A stretch of 64,000 bases of DNA from Nannocystales bacterium. Its GTDB lineage: Bacteria; Myxococcota_A; Polyangia; Nannocystales; Nannocystaceae. The position numbers were made by a program, and so were the translations under genes. The stretch is from assembly GCA_050633305.1 (NCBI GenBank), contig JBOEGF010000010.1, positions 160,001-224,000 on the forward strand. Reading direction: 5' to 3'. Below, piece after piece: positions 1 through 9,466 of the stretch. Positions within the stretch are counted from its first letter, which is position 1. Each line of letters opens with the position of its first letter. Under the pieces are notes generated by a model, which did not search any database, was not told where the DNA came from, and worked only from the letters and a program-made list of their open reading frames with translations.

Positions 1-1152
1 AATCCCGAGCAGCCGGGCTCGCTCCTCGGCGATGATTCGTTTTGCTTCCGTGTCGGCCCGTCGTGCCGCCTCGAGGGCTTCCTCGCGCGCAGCTGCCTTC
101 TGTGCGGCTTCGGCTTCGGCGTCGGTCAGGCTTTCCGAGGCCGCCCTCCTCGCCTGCGCCGCGCGTTCTTTCTCCGCCAAAGCTTCTTCGAGCTCGGTGG
201 CGTCCTGGGCCGTCTCGGTTGGGGTCTCGGTCGATGCCGCCGCGGCCTCTTCAGCGCGCTTGGCCTCCGCTTCGGCCTCGACGGCAGCTTTGGCCGCCGC
301 GACCCGCTGGGCGTGACCTCGAGCCAGCGCGTCTCGTTCGGTCGGGGTCAGTGCGAGAAAACGGCGCCGCTGGAGGTCCAGGTCGGCGCGCGCGACCTGG
401 ACTTTCGGGTCGCCGGCCGCGGCGTGGGTCTGCAGGAGGTCGAAGCGCAGAAGCGAGTTCGGATCGAGGCCGAGCTCGAGGGTTCCGGTGAGGTAGGCGC
501 GCAGACGGTCCGCATGGGTCTGTGTTGCGAGTTCATCCGCGGCGTCTTTCTCGGCCTGAATGGCGGCGGCGGCACGGCGAGTATCGTGCGCCTGGAGGCG
601 AGCTGTTTGCGCATCGGGGGGGAGGTTGAAGAACTCGCGGAGCACGAGTTCGAGGCCGGCGTCGGGGCTCAACTCGGCAAGTGGGGTGGGGCGTCGTAAA
701 CGACGGCGACCTCGAGCGGGCTCCGGCTCGAGGGCGCGCTCGCGAGCGTGGTCGAAGCGCTGACCTGCGCCTCCCGTCCAGCGAGGGTCCGTGAGATCGA
801 GGATGAACAGGTCCTGGGCGCGAAGCTGTAGATCGAGGTCGCCCTCTGCCAGCGCCCGGATGCCACGAGCGCGCTCCCGGATCGTTTCATCGTCCGTCGG
901 CGGCGGCGCTGCAGGTGTGGCTTCGGCCACCGTCTCTTCGTCGACCGGGGCGGGGTCGGCCTCGGCGGTCCCGGCATCGACTTCGGTGCCGGTCGATTCA
1001 GGCTCCGCGATGGGAGTGTGCGGTGACTGGGCGAGTACGGGGGCGGCGACGCTCGCCCAGATCCAGGCCATCAGCAGAACGAGCAACGGACGCGGAAGAG
1101 CGCGTACGTCTCGGGCGATCGCGGGGCCGTGCGAAGAAGCGCGAGAGGGCAC
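1..1152 (-). CDS. Partial (3' end outside window) exported Ala/Glu-rich coiled-coil protein; possibly the N-terminal part of a large membrane protein such as a mechanosensitive channel
   Basis: Not in the ORF track because there is no stop in the window. GTG at 1152 opens a frame to base 1: VPSRASSHG...PLLVLLMAWIWASVAAPVLAQ (signal peptide)...EEALEAARRADTEAKRIIAEERARLLGI. TACCGT lies 6 nt upstream. Function is a guess. Confidence 0.7.
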   Translation of the reverse strand, partial: MPSRASSHGPAIARDVRALPRPLLVLLMAWIWASVAAPVLAQSPHTPIAEPESTGTEVDAGTAEADPAPVDEETVAEATPAAPPPTDDETIRERARGIRALAEGDLDLQLRAQDLFILDLTDPRWTGGAGQRFDHARERALEPEPARGRRRLRRPTPLAELSPDAGLELVLREFFNLPPDAQTARLQAHDTRRAAAAIQAEKDAADELATQTHADRLRAYLTGTLELGLDPNSLLRFDLLQTHAAAGDPKVQVARADLDLQRRRFLALTPTERDALARGHAQRVAAAKAAVEAEAEAKRAEEAAAASTETPTETAQDATELEEALAEKERAAQARRAASESLTDAEAEAAQKAAAREEALEAARRADTEAKRIIAEERARLLGI

Positions 1153-1291
1153 GCGCCAACGGTACACGACCCGGATTCAACTTGGAGCGGCTGGGGCGAA
1201 GCGCAACAGTGCGGAAATCTGACGCATCGCGGAACGACGCTCGGCCCCCCGCACGCACGTGCGGAGGGCCGAGCGTGATGCGGTCGATACC

Positions 1292-3154
1292 CTACTGGCC
1301 CTCGAGCAACTCGATGTCGCGCAGGTCGGTCAGCGACTCGTCGTCGCCGAGGTTGTCGGTGTTGCCGTAGCCGAGTCGACCGTCGGTGCCCTGTCCCCAG
1401 CATCGGACTCGGCCGGCTTCGGTGATGGCACAGGTGTGGTTACCGTCGGCTGCGATGGAGCGCACGGTGGTGTCCAGCGGTACGACGCCAGCATCCGCGG
1501 GGTCTTCGTCGTCGCCGATGGTGTCGCCGTTGCCGTATCCGAGCTGTCCACTGGAGCCGAAGCCCCAGCACTGGACCGTACCGTCGTCGAGCAGGGCGCA
1601 GGTGTGGGCGAAGCCTGCCACAACCTGGCGGGCCGGTCCGTCGAGTTCGACGGTTCCGGCGTCGGCCGGCGAGTTGTTGAAGCCGACGTACGCGCTGTTT
1701 CCGTATCCCAGCCGGCCGTCATTGCCTCGGCCCCAACACTGGACGGAGCCATCCTCGAGCACGGCGCAGCTGTGGAGCCAGCCCAGCGCGATGTCGGTCG
1801 CGAAGTCTGACAGGACCACATCGCCGGCCGTCGCGGGCGTCTCGTCGTCGCCGATCGTGACGTTGCCGTTGCCGTGTCCCAGGGCGCCGTTGCCCTGGCT
1901 GCCCCAGCAGCGGACCGTGCCCAGGCTGGTGCGCGTGCAGGTGTGGGCCTGGCCGGCTGCGATCTGGACCACCGTGGCGCCCACGTCCGTGACCGGGCTT
2001 GAAGACAGGGCTTCGTTGTCACCGATGTTGGTCGTCTGCCCCACGATACCCAGCTTGCCGGTGGTTGCTTGGCCCCAGCACTTCACGTCTCCCGAGTCGA
2101 GGGCCGCACACGAGTGGAATGCTCCGCCGCCGCTTCCGATGGTCGCGATCGGGGAGCCGAGGTCGATGGCGTCGACGCTGGTAATCGCCTCGTTGTCCCC
2201 GAGGGGCACAGTGTTTCCGTAGCCGATCTGTCCGACGCTGGCGGCTCCAAAGCACCGCGCGGTGCCGTCGTTGAGGGCGACGCAGGTGTGGGAGACGCCC
2301 GCGACCACCGACTCGGCGACGGCGCCCTCTCCCAGGTTGACGAATCCGATGTCGGCCGGCGTCTCGTCGTCTCCGATGTCGTCGGTGTTGCCGTAGCCCA
2401 GCCGGCCGCTCGCTGCGTTGCCCCAGCACTTGATGGAGCCGCTGTCGAAGCGGGCGCAGGTGAAGTCGCCCCCGAGTGCAAGTTCGACCGCCTCGTGGGC
2501 GGAGCAGTTGTTGTGGCACGCGTCGGTGTCGTCGCCGTTGCCGTCATCGCAGGTCTCGACGCCCAGCTGGGTGAACCCATCTCCGCAGCTGGCTGCGAGA
2601 CACGTGACACACCCATCGGTCGGGTCGCTGTTGCCGTCATCGCAGGACTCATTGAGCGCGTGCAGGAAACCATCACCGCAGACGTTGACGGTGCAGCTGG
2701 CGGTGCAGTCCGAGGTGTCGTCGTTCAGCAGGCCGTCGTCGCACTCTTCGCCGTCGTCCATCGTGCCATCTCCGCAGAATGCTGCTTGGGCGCCGGTCGT
2801 AGACTCGCCACCTGAGATCTCGGAACCCGTGGAGCTGCTGCCAGCGTCGCCAGTGCTGCTGCTGCCCCCGGTGTCGCCGCCGGAGCTGCTGCTGCTGCCG
2901 TCGGTGCCGCCGCCGGAGCTGCTGCCGCCATCGGTGCTGCTTGATCCCTCGGCGCTCGTGCTGCTTGTGGGTCCGCTGTCCGTCCCGCCGGTTGTCGTGG
3001 GGTCACTTGTCGTCGGGCCCGCCGTGGGGTCCGTCGTCGTAGGACCGTCGGCAGAGGTACTGCCTTCGTCGGAAGGGGATGCGGTGTCGTCGCCGCAACC
3101 ACCAAAGGCTCCGACTGCAAAGACCGCGACCAAGGCACGAGACGTCATCGTCAT
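1292..3154 (-). CDS. Lipoprotein with Myxococcus Cys-rich repeats (DUF4215-like) and an RCC1-like beta-propeller
   Basis: Lipobox AFGGC, Ser/Thr/Gly linker, CGDG..EECDDG repeats, about seven HTC...CWG....G.LG RCC1 repeats. Start moved to ATG 3154. Confidence 0.9.
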   Translation of the reverse strand: MTMTSRALVAVFAVGAFGGCGDDTASPSDEGSTSADGPTTTDPTAGPTTSDPTTTGGTDSGPTSSTSAEGSSSTDGGSSSGGGTDGSSSSSGGDTGGSSSTGDAGSSSTGSEISGGESTTGAQAAFCGDGTMDDGEECDDGLLNDDTSDCTASCTVNVCGDGFLHALNESCDDGNSDPTDGCVTCLAASCGDGFTQLGVETCDDGNGDDTDACHNNCSAHEAVELALGGDFTCARFDSGSIKCWGNAASGRLGYGNTDDIGDDETPADIGFVNLGEGAVAESVVAGVSHTCVALNDGTARCFGAASVGQIGYGNTVPLGDNEAITSVDAIDLGSPIATIGSGGGAFHSCAALDSGDVKCWGQATTGKLGIVGQTTNIGDNEALSSSPVTDVGATVVQIAAGQAHTCTRTSLGTVRCWGSQGNGALGHGNGNVTIGDDETPATAGDVVLSDFATDIALGWLHSCAVLEDGSVQCWGRGNDGRLGYGNSAYVGFNNSPADAGTVELDGPARQVVAGFAHTCALLDDGTVQCWGFGSSGQLGYGNGDTIGDDEDPADAGVVPLDTTVRSIAADGNHTCAITEAGRVRCWGQGTDGRLGYGNTDNLGDDESLTDLRDIELLEGQ

Positions 3155-3257
3155 GCCCCACGGTTCGGCTGAATCCGTTCGGCTTTGACCCCCGTTCCCT
3201 ATTTGTTCCACACCGCGTCGCAAGCGCGCCGCCTCGGTCCTGCTATGGTCCGCAGGA

Positions 3258-4028
3258 ATGGAAAGCGCCGACTGGTTGCCGTTCCTCCGTGAGCTCGCCG
3301 ACGAAGCCGACGCGATTGCGATGCGCTACTTCCGGGCCGGTGACCTGCATGTGGACGCCAAACCGGACCGTTCGCTCGTCACGCAGGCTGACCTCGAAGT
3401 CGAGACCGCCGTCCGCAATGCTACCGCGAACCGGTTTCCGGATCTTGGGGTGTTTGGGGAGGAGCACGGACAACGAAATCCGGAGGCTCCGGAGCGCCTC
3501 ATCGTCGACCCCATCGATGCCACGGCCAACTTCGCCCGTGGGATCCCGATCTTCGCGACGTTGCTGGCCATCGAATCTGACGGAGAGATCGTGGCAGGGA
3601 TGGTGAGTGCGCCGGCCCTGCACCAGCGCTGGCATGCTGCACGTGGGCACGGTGCGTTCAGCGGGGATCGTAGGCTCGGTGTCTCGGGGGTGTCCACGCT
3701 GGCGGATTCGCAGATCTTCCACAGTTCGCTTGCGGGTGCCGAGGCGGTGCCCAACACCGCGAAGATCCCCACGCTCCTGAACAAGAGCTGGAGACAGCGA
3801 GGCGTGGGCGACTTTTACCAGCACATGCTCGTCGCCGAGGGCTGCGGCGAGATCGCCCTCGATCCGATTGTCATGCCCTGGGACATCGCGCCGCTGCAGA
3901 TCATCGTTGAAGAGGCTGGCGGCAAGGCGACGACGGTTGGAGGAGACCGGAATATCCGGGGAGGGAGCCTGATCTCCAGCAACGGGATCCTGCACGAGAT
4001 CACGCTGTCCCACTTCGACGCTGGCTGA
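3258..4028 (+). CDS. hisN: Inositol monophosphatase family protein, probable histidinol-phosphate phosphatase
   Basis: Motifs VTQADLEVE, GEE, DPIDATANF, PWDIAPL..IVEEAGG; RWHAARGHGAF and R..GDFY segments resemble the HisN subfamily. Confidence 0.8.
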   Translation: MESADWLPFLRELADEADAIAMRYFRAGDLHVDAKPDRSLVTQADLEVETAVRNATANRFPDLGVFGEEHGQRNPEAPERLIVDPIDATANFARGIPIFATLLAIESDGEIVAGMVSAPALHQRWHAARGHGAFSGDRRLGVSGVSTLADSQIFHSSLAGAEAVPNTAKIPTLLNKSWRQRGVGDFYQHMLVAEGCGEIALDPIVMPWDIAPLQIIVEEAGGKATTVGGDRNIRGGSLISSNGILHEITLSHFDAG

Positions 4029-4036
4029 GGACGAAC

Positions 4037-5242
4037 CTATTCAACGGAGGCCAGGCCAAGTCGGTCTTCGATCAAGCCCATGAACATCTTCAGCCCCAGG
4101 GGGATGATCGCGTCGTCGAAGTCGAAGTCGGGGTGGTGGCAGACGGGCGTCGTCAGCTCTTCGTTGCCGGTTCCCAAGAAGAAGTAGGCGCCCGGGATCG
4201 CCTGGGCCATGTATGCGAAGTCCTCACCACCAGCCATGGGTAGGTCGGCATCTGTGACCCGCTCGGGACCGACGATGGTTCGGGCGACGCGAGCGACCGA
4301 CTCGGCGCACCCGCTGTCGTTGACCAAGACCGGGTAGCCACGGCGGACCTCGAGTTCGGCTTCGACGCCGAGAGCGGCCGCGGTTCCCCGGACGACCTCT
4401 TCGAGGCGGGAGAACACCGTCTCGGTGACGGATTCCGAGAACGTCCGTACGGTGCCACCAAGCCGTGCTTCACTCGGGATGACGTTGTGGGCTGTGCCGC
4501 TATGAAGGGTGCAAACGCTGAGCACAGCGCCGCCATCCGACGAGATCCCGCGGGACACGACCGTCTGCAGCGCGTTGATCATGGCTGCGGCAGCCACGAT
4601 GGGGTCGCGGCACAGCTGCGGCTGACTTCCGTGCCCACCGACGCCTGTGAGCGTGATGTCGAACTCGGCCGTCGCGGCCATCATCGCCCCGGCGCGAACG
4701 CGGACCTGGCCGTGGGGATAGCCGGGCCAGTTGTGGAGCGCATAGACCTCTTGCACCCCTTCGAGCGCGCCCTCGGCCACCATCACCTTGGCTCCACCAC
4801 CGCGTACGCCTTCCTCGGCGGGCTGGAACAGCAGCCGAACGTTGGCGCTCAGCGAGTCTCGAACCTCGGAGAGCATCTTTGCGACGCCCATCAGGACTGC
4901 AGTGTGTCCATCGTGCCCGCACTTGTGGGCGCGACCGGCATGCACCGACTTGTAGGGGAGGTCGGTGTCCTCCTGCATTGGGAGGCAGTCCAGATCGGCC
5001 CGCAGGGCGAGTCTCGGCGCGCCGAGGTCCGGCCTCACATCCGCGATGAGTCCTGTCTCCGCGCTGACACGGGGCGCGTAGCCGAGTGCCTCGAGGTACG
5101 CTTTCACCTTGGCTTGCGTCCGGGTCTCTTCGAAACCGAGCTCGGGGTGTTGATGGATGTCGTGGCGAGCCTCGGTCAGCTCGGGTACCAGCGTCTCGAG
5201 CCGTTCATCGAGCGCTTGGGCGGAGAACAACACGTTGGACAC
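4037..5242 (-). CDS. M20D family amidohydrolase (hippurate hydrolase-like)
   Basis: HQHPELGFEE, LRADLDCLP, HKCGHDGH, FQPAEEG, GGHGSQP, GGEDFA, HHPDFDFDD. Start placed at GTG 5242; the ORF-track extension overlaps the upstream gene. Confidence 0.92.
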   Translation of the reverse strand: MSNVLFSAQALDERLETLVPELTEARHDIHQHPELGFEETRTQAKVKAYLEALGYAPRVSAETGLIADVRPDLGAPRLALRADLDCLPMQEDTDLPYKSVHAGRAHKCGHDGHTAVLMGVAKMLSEVRDSLSANVRLLFQPAEEGVRGGGAKVMVAEGALEGVQEVYALHNWPGYPHGQVRVRAGAMMAATAEFDITLTGVGGHGSQPQLCRDPIVAAAAMINALQTVVSRGISSDGGAVLSVCTLHSGTAHNVIPSEARLGGTVRTFSESVTETVFSRLEEVVRGTAAALGVEAELEVRRGYPVLVNDSGCAESVARVARTIVGPERVTDADLPMAGGEDFAYMAQAIPGAYFFLGTGNEELTTPVCHHPDFDFDDAIIPLGLKMFMGLIEDRLGLASVE

Positions 5243-5282
5243 CGCGAGACGGTATCGGCCCGCCTGGGCGGCCGCAAGGGCC

Positions 5283-5747
5283 CTAGCTGCAGCTGCAGCC
5301 CTTGATATCGCCGCCTCCGAGCGCGCCGGCGATGCCTGCTGCAAGCGGGTCAACCCACGACTTGAAGAAGCGTCCTTCGCTGTTGCAGCACGTCGTGCAG
5401 GCTTCGCTGGACGCCTTGGCTTTGTCGTCTTCCTGGCAGACGGCGGTCGCGTCCTTGGCACTGATTTGCTTGCTGAGGCACTCGCGATAGCCTTTCACGG
5501 CAGCCTCGATCCCCTTCTTGTCCTTCTTGCCCTCGCTCGACTCCCAATCGATGCTCGCCTTCCCCATCTCCGCCCAAGAGGTGAGGAACTTGCTGTGCTC
5601 GGCTTTGGCGCAGTCGGCATCTGCACACCCACACATCGCCTCTTCGTGACCTTTGAAGCTCTTGACGAGTTCGCTGTCACATCCGAGCAGGGGCAGAAAC
5701 GCGGACAGGAAGAGCAGGGGACGAAGGGTGGGGCGCATCGAGGACAT
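5283..5747 (-). CDS. Small Cys-rich lipoprotein, function unknown
   Basis: Signal peptide ending LLGC; MCGCADADCA and CTTCC motifs; fills the gap between neighbours. Confidence 0.75.
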   Translation of the reverse strand: MSSMRPTLRPLLFLSAFLPLLGCDSELVKSFKGHEEAMCGCADADCAKAEHSKFLTSWAEMGKASIDWESSEGKKDKKGIEAAVKGYRECLSKQISAKDATAVCQEDDKAKASSEACTTCCNSEGRFFKSWVDPLAAGIAGALGGGDIKGCSCS

Positions 5748-5860
5748 GGTTTTTCTGCCGCCGGCACGGCGGTCACCCTAGGGTAACGGGCGGGGCCCCA
5801 CAGCTCCCTCACCCGAGGCGAGTCTTTTTCGCAAGGGGACGCCCGCAGGTACGTGGTCAC

Positions 5861-6280
5861 CTACAGACCGTCGGCGTGGTCCAGCCAAAAACGGAGCGTC
5901 GTCTCGATGCGAGCCTTGAACTCTTTGAAGTCCATCGGCTTCACCAGGTAGGCATTGGCGTGGTTCTCGAATGCACGGGCTCGGTCCTGTGCGGAGTTCG
6001 ACGTGGTGAGCATGACCGCCGGCGTCGCGCTGAGCGATGGCTCGCTCTTGATCTCCGCAAGCAGATCGAGACCACTCATGCCGGGAAGCTTCAGATCGAG
6101 CAGGATCAGCCGCGGGGCGGGGGAGCCCTCCTTCAAACGCCTCAGCGCGGACTCAGCCTCGCCGAATCGTTCGAGGACGAGCGCGGGGTAGGTCTGCTCC
6201 ATGAGGAACTCCACCAGCTCGGCGTGCTCGTCGTTGTCCTCGACAAGCACGACATGACGTTGGGTTGCTCGCTCAGCCAC
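5861..6280 (-). CDS. Single-domain response regulator (Rcp1-like receiver)
   Basis: LVEDN, LILLDLKLPGMSG, MLTTS, ANAYLVKP. GTG 6280 overlaps the end of the kinase gene. Confidence 0.92.
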   Translation of the reverse strand: MAERATQRHVVLVEDNDEHAELVEFLMEQTYPALVLERFGEAESALRRLKEGSPAPRLILLDLKLPGMSGLDLLAEIKSEPSLSATPAVMLTTSNSAQDRARAFENHANAYLVKPMDFKEFKARIETTLRFWLDHADGL

Positions 6281-8099
6281 TGGCTTCAAACTCGAGTACG
6301 AAAGTACACCCATTCCCGTCGCCGGATGACTCCAACTCGACCGTGCCTCCCGAGGTCTCCATTACACGTTGCACGATCGCGAGGCCAAGCCCGGTCCCTT
6401 CGCCCTCGACGGTGAGTCGGTTGAACAGGCCGAACACGCGCTTGTGGTGTGCGGGGGGAATGCCGGGGCCTCGGTCGGCGATGCAGAGTGCGACGCGACC
6501 GGGGGCGGCCTTACGGGCGGCGATCCGCACCTCGAACGGCCCTTCTTCGGGTCGTCCGTACTTGATCGCATTGGTCAGCAGGTTCTCGACAACCTGCCGG
6601 AACCGTGTGGGATTCATGCGCACCCTCGGCAGCTCGCCCTCGACGAGGACCTGGCAGCCTGCCTGGTCGAGCCTCGAGGACAGGTCCTCGACGGTACTTT
6701 CGACGGCCGCGGCGGCATCGATGTCTTCGCGCTCGGTATCGAGCCGGCCGACTCGGCTCAAGTCGAGTAGTTCGGCGATCAGCCGACTCATGCGTCTGTT
6801 GCTGCGCTCGAGGACGTCGAGTTTCGACATGGCTCGCTCGAGCTGACCTCCCGCCGCCATCTCTCGCATCATCCCGATGAAGCCCAGAGAGGTGACCAGC
6901 GGCGTCTTGAGGTCGTGCGAGACGGTGTAGACGAACTGTTCGAGTTCCTGGTTGGAGCGCTCCAGGTCTTTGCGGCTCGCTTGCACCTCGAGCCCCAGCT
7001 CACGCGACTTCTCGAGCAAGGATTCGGTGCGTTCGTTTGCACGTCTGAATGCATCTGCCGCCGCAGCCATCACACCGACCTCGTCTCCCCGATCAACGCC
7101 GGGCACCTGCGCGACGTGTTCTCCCTTTGCGAGCCGGTCGAGTGTCCGTGTGACGTCGGTCAGAGGCTGGGAGATGCTGCGCGCGACCAACCACGACAGG
7201 ACGAATGCCGCCGCGATCGCAAGCCCCGCGCCGACCAGCGTTCGGCGGCGGACGGAGTCCGCGAGCGTCTCCATGCCATCGACGATCTGGGGAACGTCGG
7301 CGAGTGCGACGCTGCGCAGCCGCTCGGAGAGGTGGGTGAACTCCCACGCCTCGCCCGCCATGACGACGCCGACGAGGTAGAGGTAGCCGCGGGTTGCTTG
7401 GACAATGCGGGTGAACGTCCGCGAGTAGTCCTCGAGGAGTCGCACGAAGGCTCGTTCCTGGTCGGTCTCCGCCAGAGCGCCCATCTGCCGGGTCAGCTCG
7501 ACGCTGTCGGTCAACAGGGCGTAGTCCGGTTCGTAGAGGTATTGGTACAGGTTGCTGCGGACCAGTCGGCTACTCGTTCGGATCTGCCCCCAACGGCTGT
7601 CGTCGGTGACGCTCGTCTGCCCTTCGGCGAAAGCCTCCAGCCGAGCGTCGAGCTTGGGGAGCTCCGTGCGGACGAGCTCGTATCGAACGCGCCGCTCATC
7701 GACAGCGGTCTCGAGCGAGCCTTCGTAGTTCTTCAGCGACGTCCGCATGCGCTCGACGAGGTTGATGCTGTCCTCGCCTGCTTCAATCGCGTCGGAGGTG
7801 TCGAACCGCTCCCGCAAGGAGGTGATCCGCTGCTTGGCATCCGTTGCGAGACTTTCATGCCCCGTGGAGGCGAACAGCTGGACGCTGCGTTGCAGCTCCG
7901 CGACCTCGGTGCCCAACTCGAGGATCGCGAACGTGCGCTCGTTGAGTTCTCTGAACCGCCGAGCGTTGTCCCGCGCTTGCCCTGCGGACCCAATCCCCAT
8001 CGCCGCAAGTGCGATCGCGACAGCCACGATGACAGCGAAGCCCAGGTAGATCCGCTGGGCGATGGACATCCGAGTCATGCGAGCAGGAACTCGTTCCAC
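6273..8099 (-). CDS. Membrane sensor histidine kinase (2 TM, periplasmic helical sensor, HAMP, HisKA, HATPase)
   Basis: Two hydrophobic segments, HAMP (ISQPL...DEVGVMA), H-box SHDLKTPL, N-box NLLTNAIKY, DRGPGI, GTGLGL. Confidence 0.93.
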   Translation of the reverse strand: MERVPARMTRMSIAQRIYLGFAVIVAVAIALAAMGIGSAGQARDNARRFRELNERTFAILELGTEVAELQRSVQLFASTGHESLATDAKQRITSLRERFDTSDAIEAGEDSINLVERMRTSLKNYEGSLETAVDERRVRYELVRTELPKLDARLEAFAEGQTSVTDDSRWGQIRTSSRLVRSNLYQYLYEPDYALLTDSVELTRQMGALAETDQERAFVRLLEDYSRTFTRIVQATRGYLYLVGVVMAGEAWEFTHLSERLRSVALADVPQIVDGMETLADSVRRRTLVGAGLAIAAAFVLSWLVARSISQPLTDVTRTLDRLAKGEHVAQVPGVDRGDEVGVMAAAADAFRRANERTESLLEKSRELGLEVQASRKDLERSNQELEQFVYTVSHDLKTPLVTSLGFIGMMREMAAGGQLERAMSKLDVLERSNRRMSRLIAELLDLSRVGRLDTEREDIDAAAAVESTVEDLSSRLDQAGCQVLVEGELPRVRMNPTRFRQVVENLLTNAIKYGRPEEGPFEVRIAARKAAPGRVALCIADRGPGIPPAHHKRVFGLFNRLTVEGEGTGLGLAIVQRVMETSGGTVELESSGDGNGCTFVLEFEASG

Positions 8100-9364
8100 T
8101 TGATCAGGCTGTACTCGTACGTCGGCATCACCGTGTTCCAGACGGCGATGTGGGAGAATCGTTCCTCATACGAACCACCACGGCGTCGCTCCCCGACTGC
8201 CACGGCCACCTCGCCGCTGGTGTTCTTGAGACTGCTCGAGGCCGGCTTACCCCCGTACCAATAGTCCCACTCGGCGGGACTGAGGTATTCACGCGAGCGC
8301 TCCGAGGTGGAGATGTAGTACCCCTGCCGGGCGATGAACGCGCCTGGCCAGCCCGACAGCCACCAGTTCATGAACTCGTAGGCCATGTCGACTGCGGGAC
8401 CCTTGGAGGCGGATGACAGACACATCACGCCGTGCCAAGCGCGATAGCCTTCCTTTGGGGCCGCGTAAATGCATCGGGTGCCCATGCCCCGCAATGCGGC
8501 GACGCCCGGGGAGAACATGCTCTGCACAGCGACGCCGTCGGTGTGCATGTACTCCACGGACTGGGGAACGGAACTCCAAACGCCGCGGAAGTGGCCGCGG
8601 CGTTTGAGTGCGATGAGATGTCGCGTGAGCCGGTCGAGTTCGCTCCGTGTCATCGCGCCGATGTCCCTGAATTTCATCAGACCGCTGGCTTCAGCGGCGA
8701 GGGCGGCATCGAAGAGCCCGATCGTCGGCGCGTTGACAAGCGCGACGCGGCCACGATGACGCTCGTCGAAGAGCCAACCCCAGCTCTCGGACTCGTAGGG
8801 CGACCCCTCATTGATCACGCCCGCGTCGTAGCCGAAGGAGTCGGCGTTGTGCACGTAGGGCAAGAAGCTGATGGTCTCGCTCGTCTCGGACCCGAGGGTG
8901 CTGTCGGGCTGGACATGAAGGAGTTTGTGGGGGGCGTCTCCGTGTCCGATGGGTGCGTTGGGGGTCAGCCTGCCGGTTCGAGTGAGTCCGTTGACCTGGT
9001 CCCAGTGCCGGAGTCGAGACTTGTCGATGCCTGTAATCGAGCCCGCCTGCCACAGGACCCGGATCGAGTTGGACCACTGCTCGTAGAGGTCAAACGTGTC
9101 GGGCTGGGTGGACGCCTGATGAAGTACGGATGCACTTCCGCCCGGGGAGAACTCGATACCGAAACCGAGGTCGGCTTCGGCGCGCTGCCGCAGGGGTTCT
9201 TGCAGCGTGACATGGGTCCCGAGGACACGAATCCGGCGGTTCTTGGGAAGGTACAGCGTGGGCGCTCGCGGGGTGCCGGGCGCAGAAACTGCCGTTCCCG
9301 AGACCAAGGCCGCCGCCGCGCCTAGGATGACCTCTCGTCGCCGGGGTAGGGACCGCTTCGCCAC
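8075..9364 (-). CDS. Tat-exported extracellular solute-binding protein (PotD/PotF-like)
   Basis: Twin-arginine signal RRREVILGAAAAL; SWGWLFD, APKEGYRAWHG, AYEFMNWWLSG resemble polyamine-type SBPs. GTG 9364 has TACCGT 8 nt upstream. Confidence 0.8.
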   Translation of the reverse strand: MAKRSLPRRREVILGAAAALVSGTAVSAPGTPRAPTLYLPKNRRIRVLGTHVTLQEPLRQRAEADLGFGIEFSPGGSASVLHQASTQPDTFDLYEQWSNSIRVLWQAGSITGIDKSRLRHWDQVNGLTRTGRLTPNAPIGHGDAPHKLLHVQPDSTLGSETSETISFLPYVHNADSFGYDAGVINEGSPYESESWGWLFDERHRGRVALVNAPTIGLFDAALAAEASGLMKFRDIGAMTRSELDRLTRHLIALKRRGHFRGVWSSVPQSVEYMHTDGVAVQSMFSPGVAALRGMGTRCIYAAPKEGYRAWHGVMCLSSASKGPAVDMAYEFMNWWLSGWPGAFIARQGYYISTSERSREYLSPAEWDYWYGGKPASSSLKNTSGEVAVAVGERRRGGSYEERFSHIAVWNTVMPTYEYSLIKWNEFLLA

Positions 9365-9466
9365 CGTTGTCGACGGTACCAGTCCGGGGGCCTCGTATAG
9401 TGGCCTGAAGGAGGCCGTCCTTTGCCCTGTCGAGCCCCTAGGGGGCGGCTGTATAGTGGCTCTGGC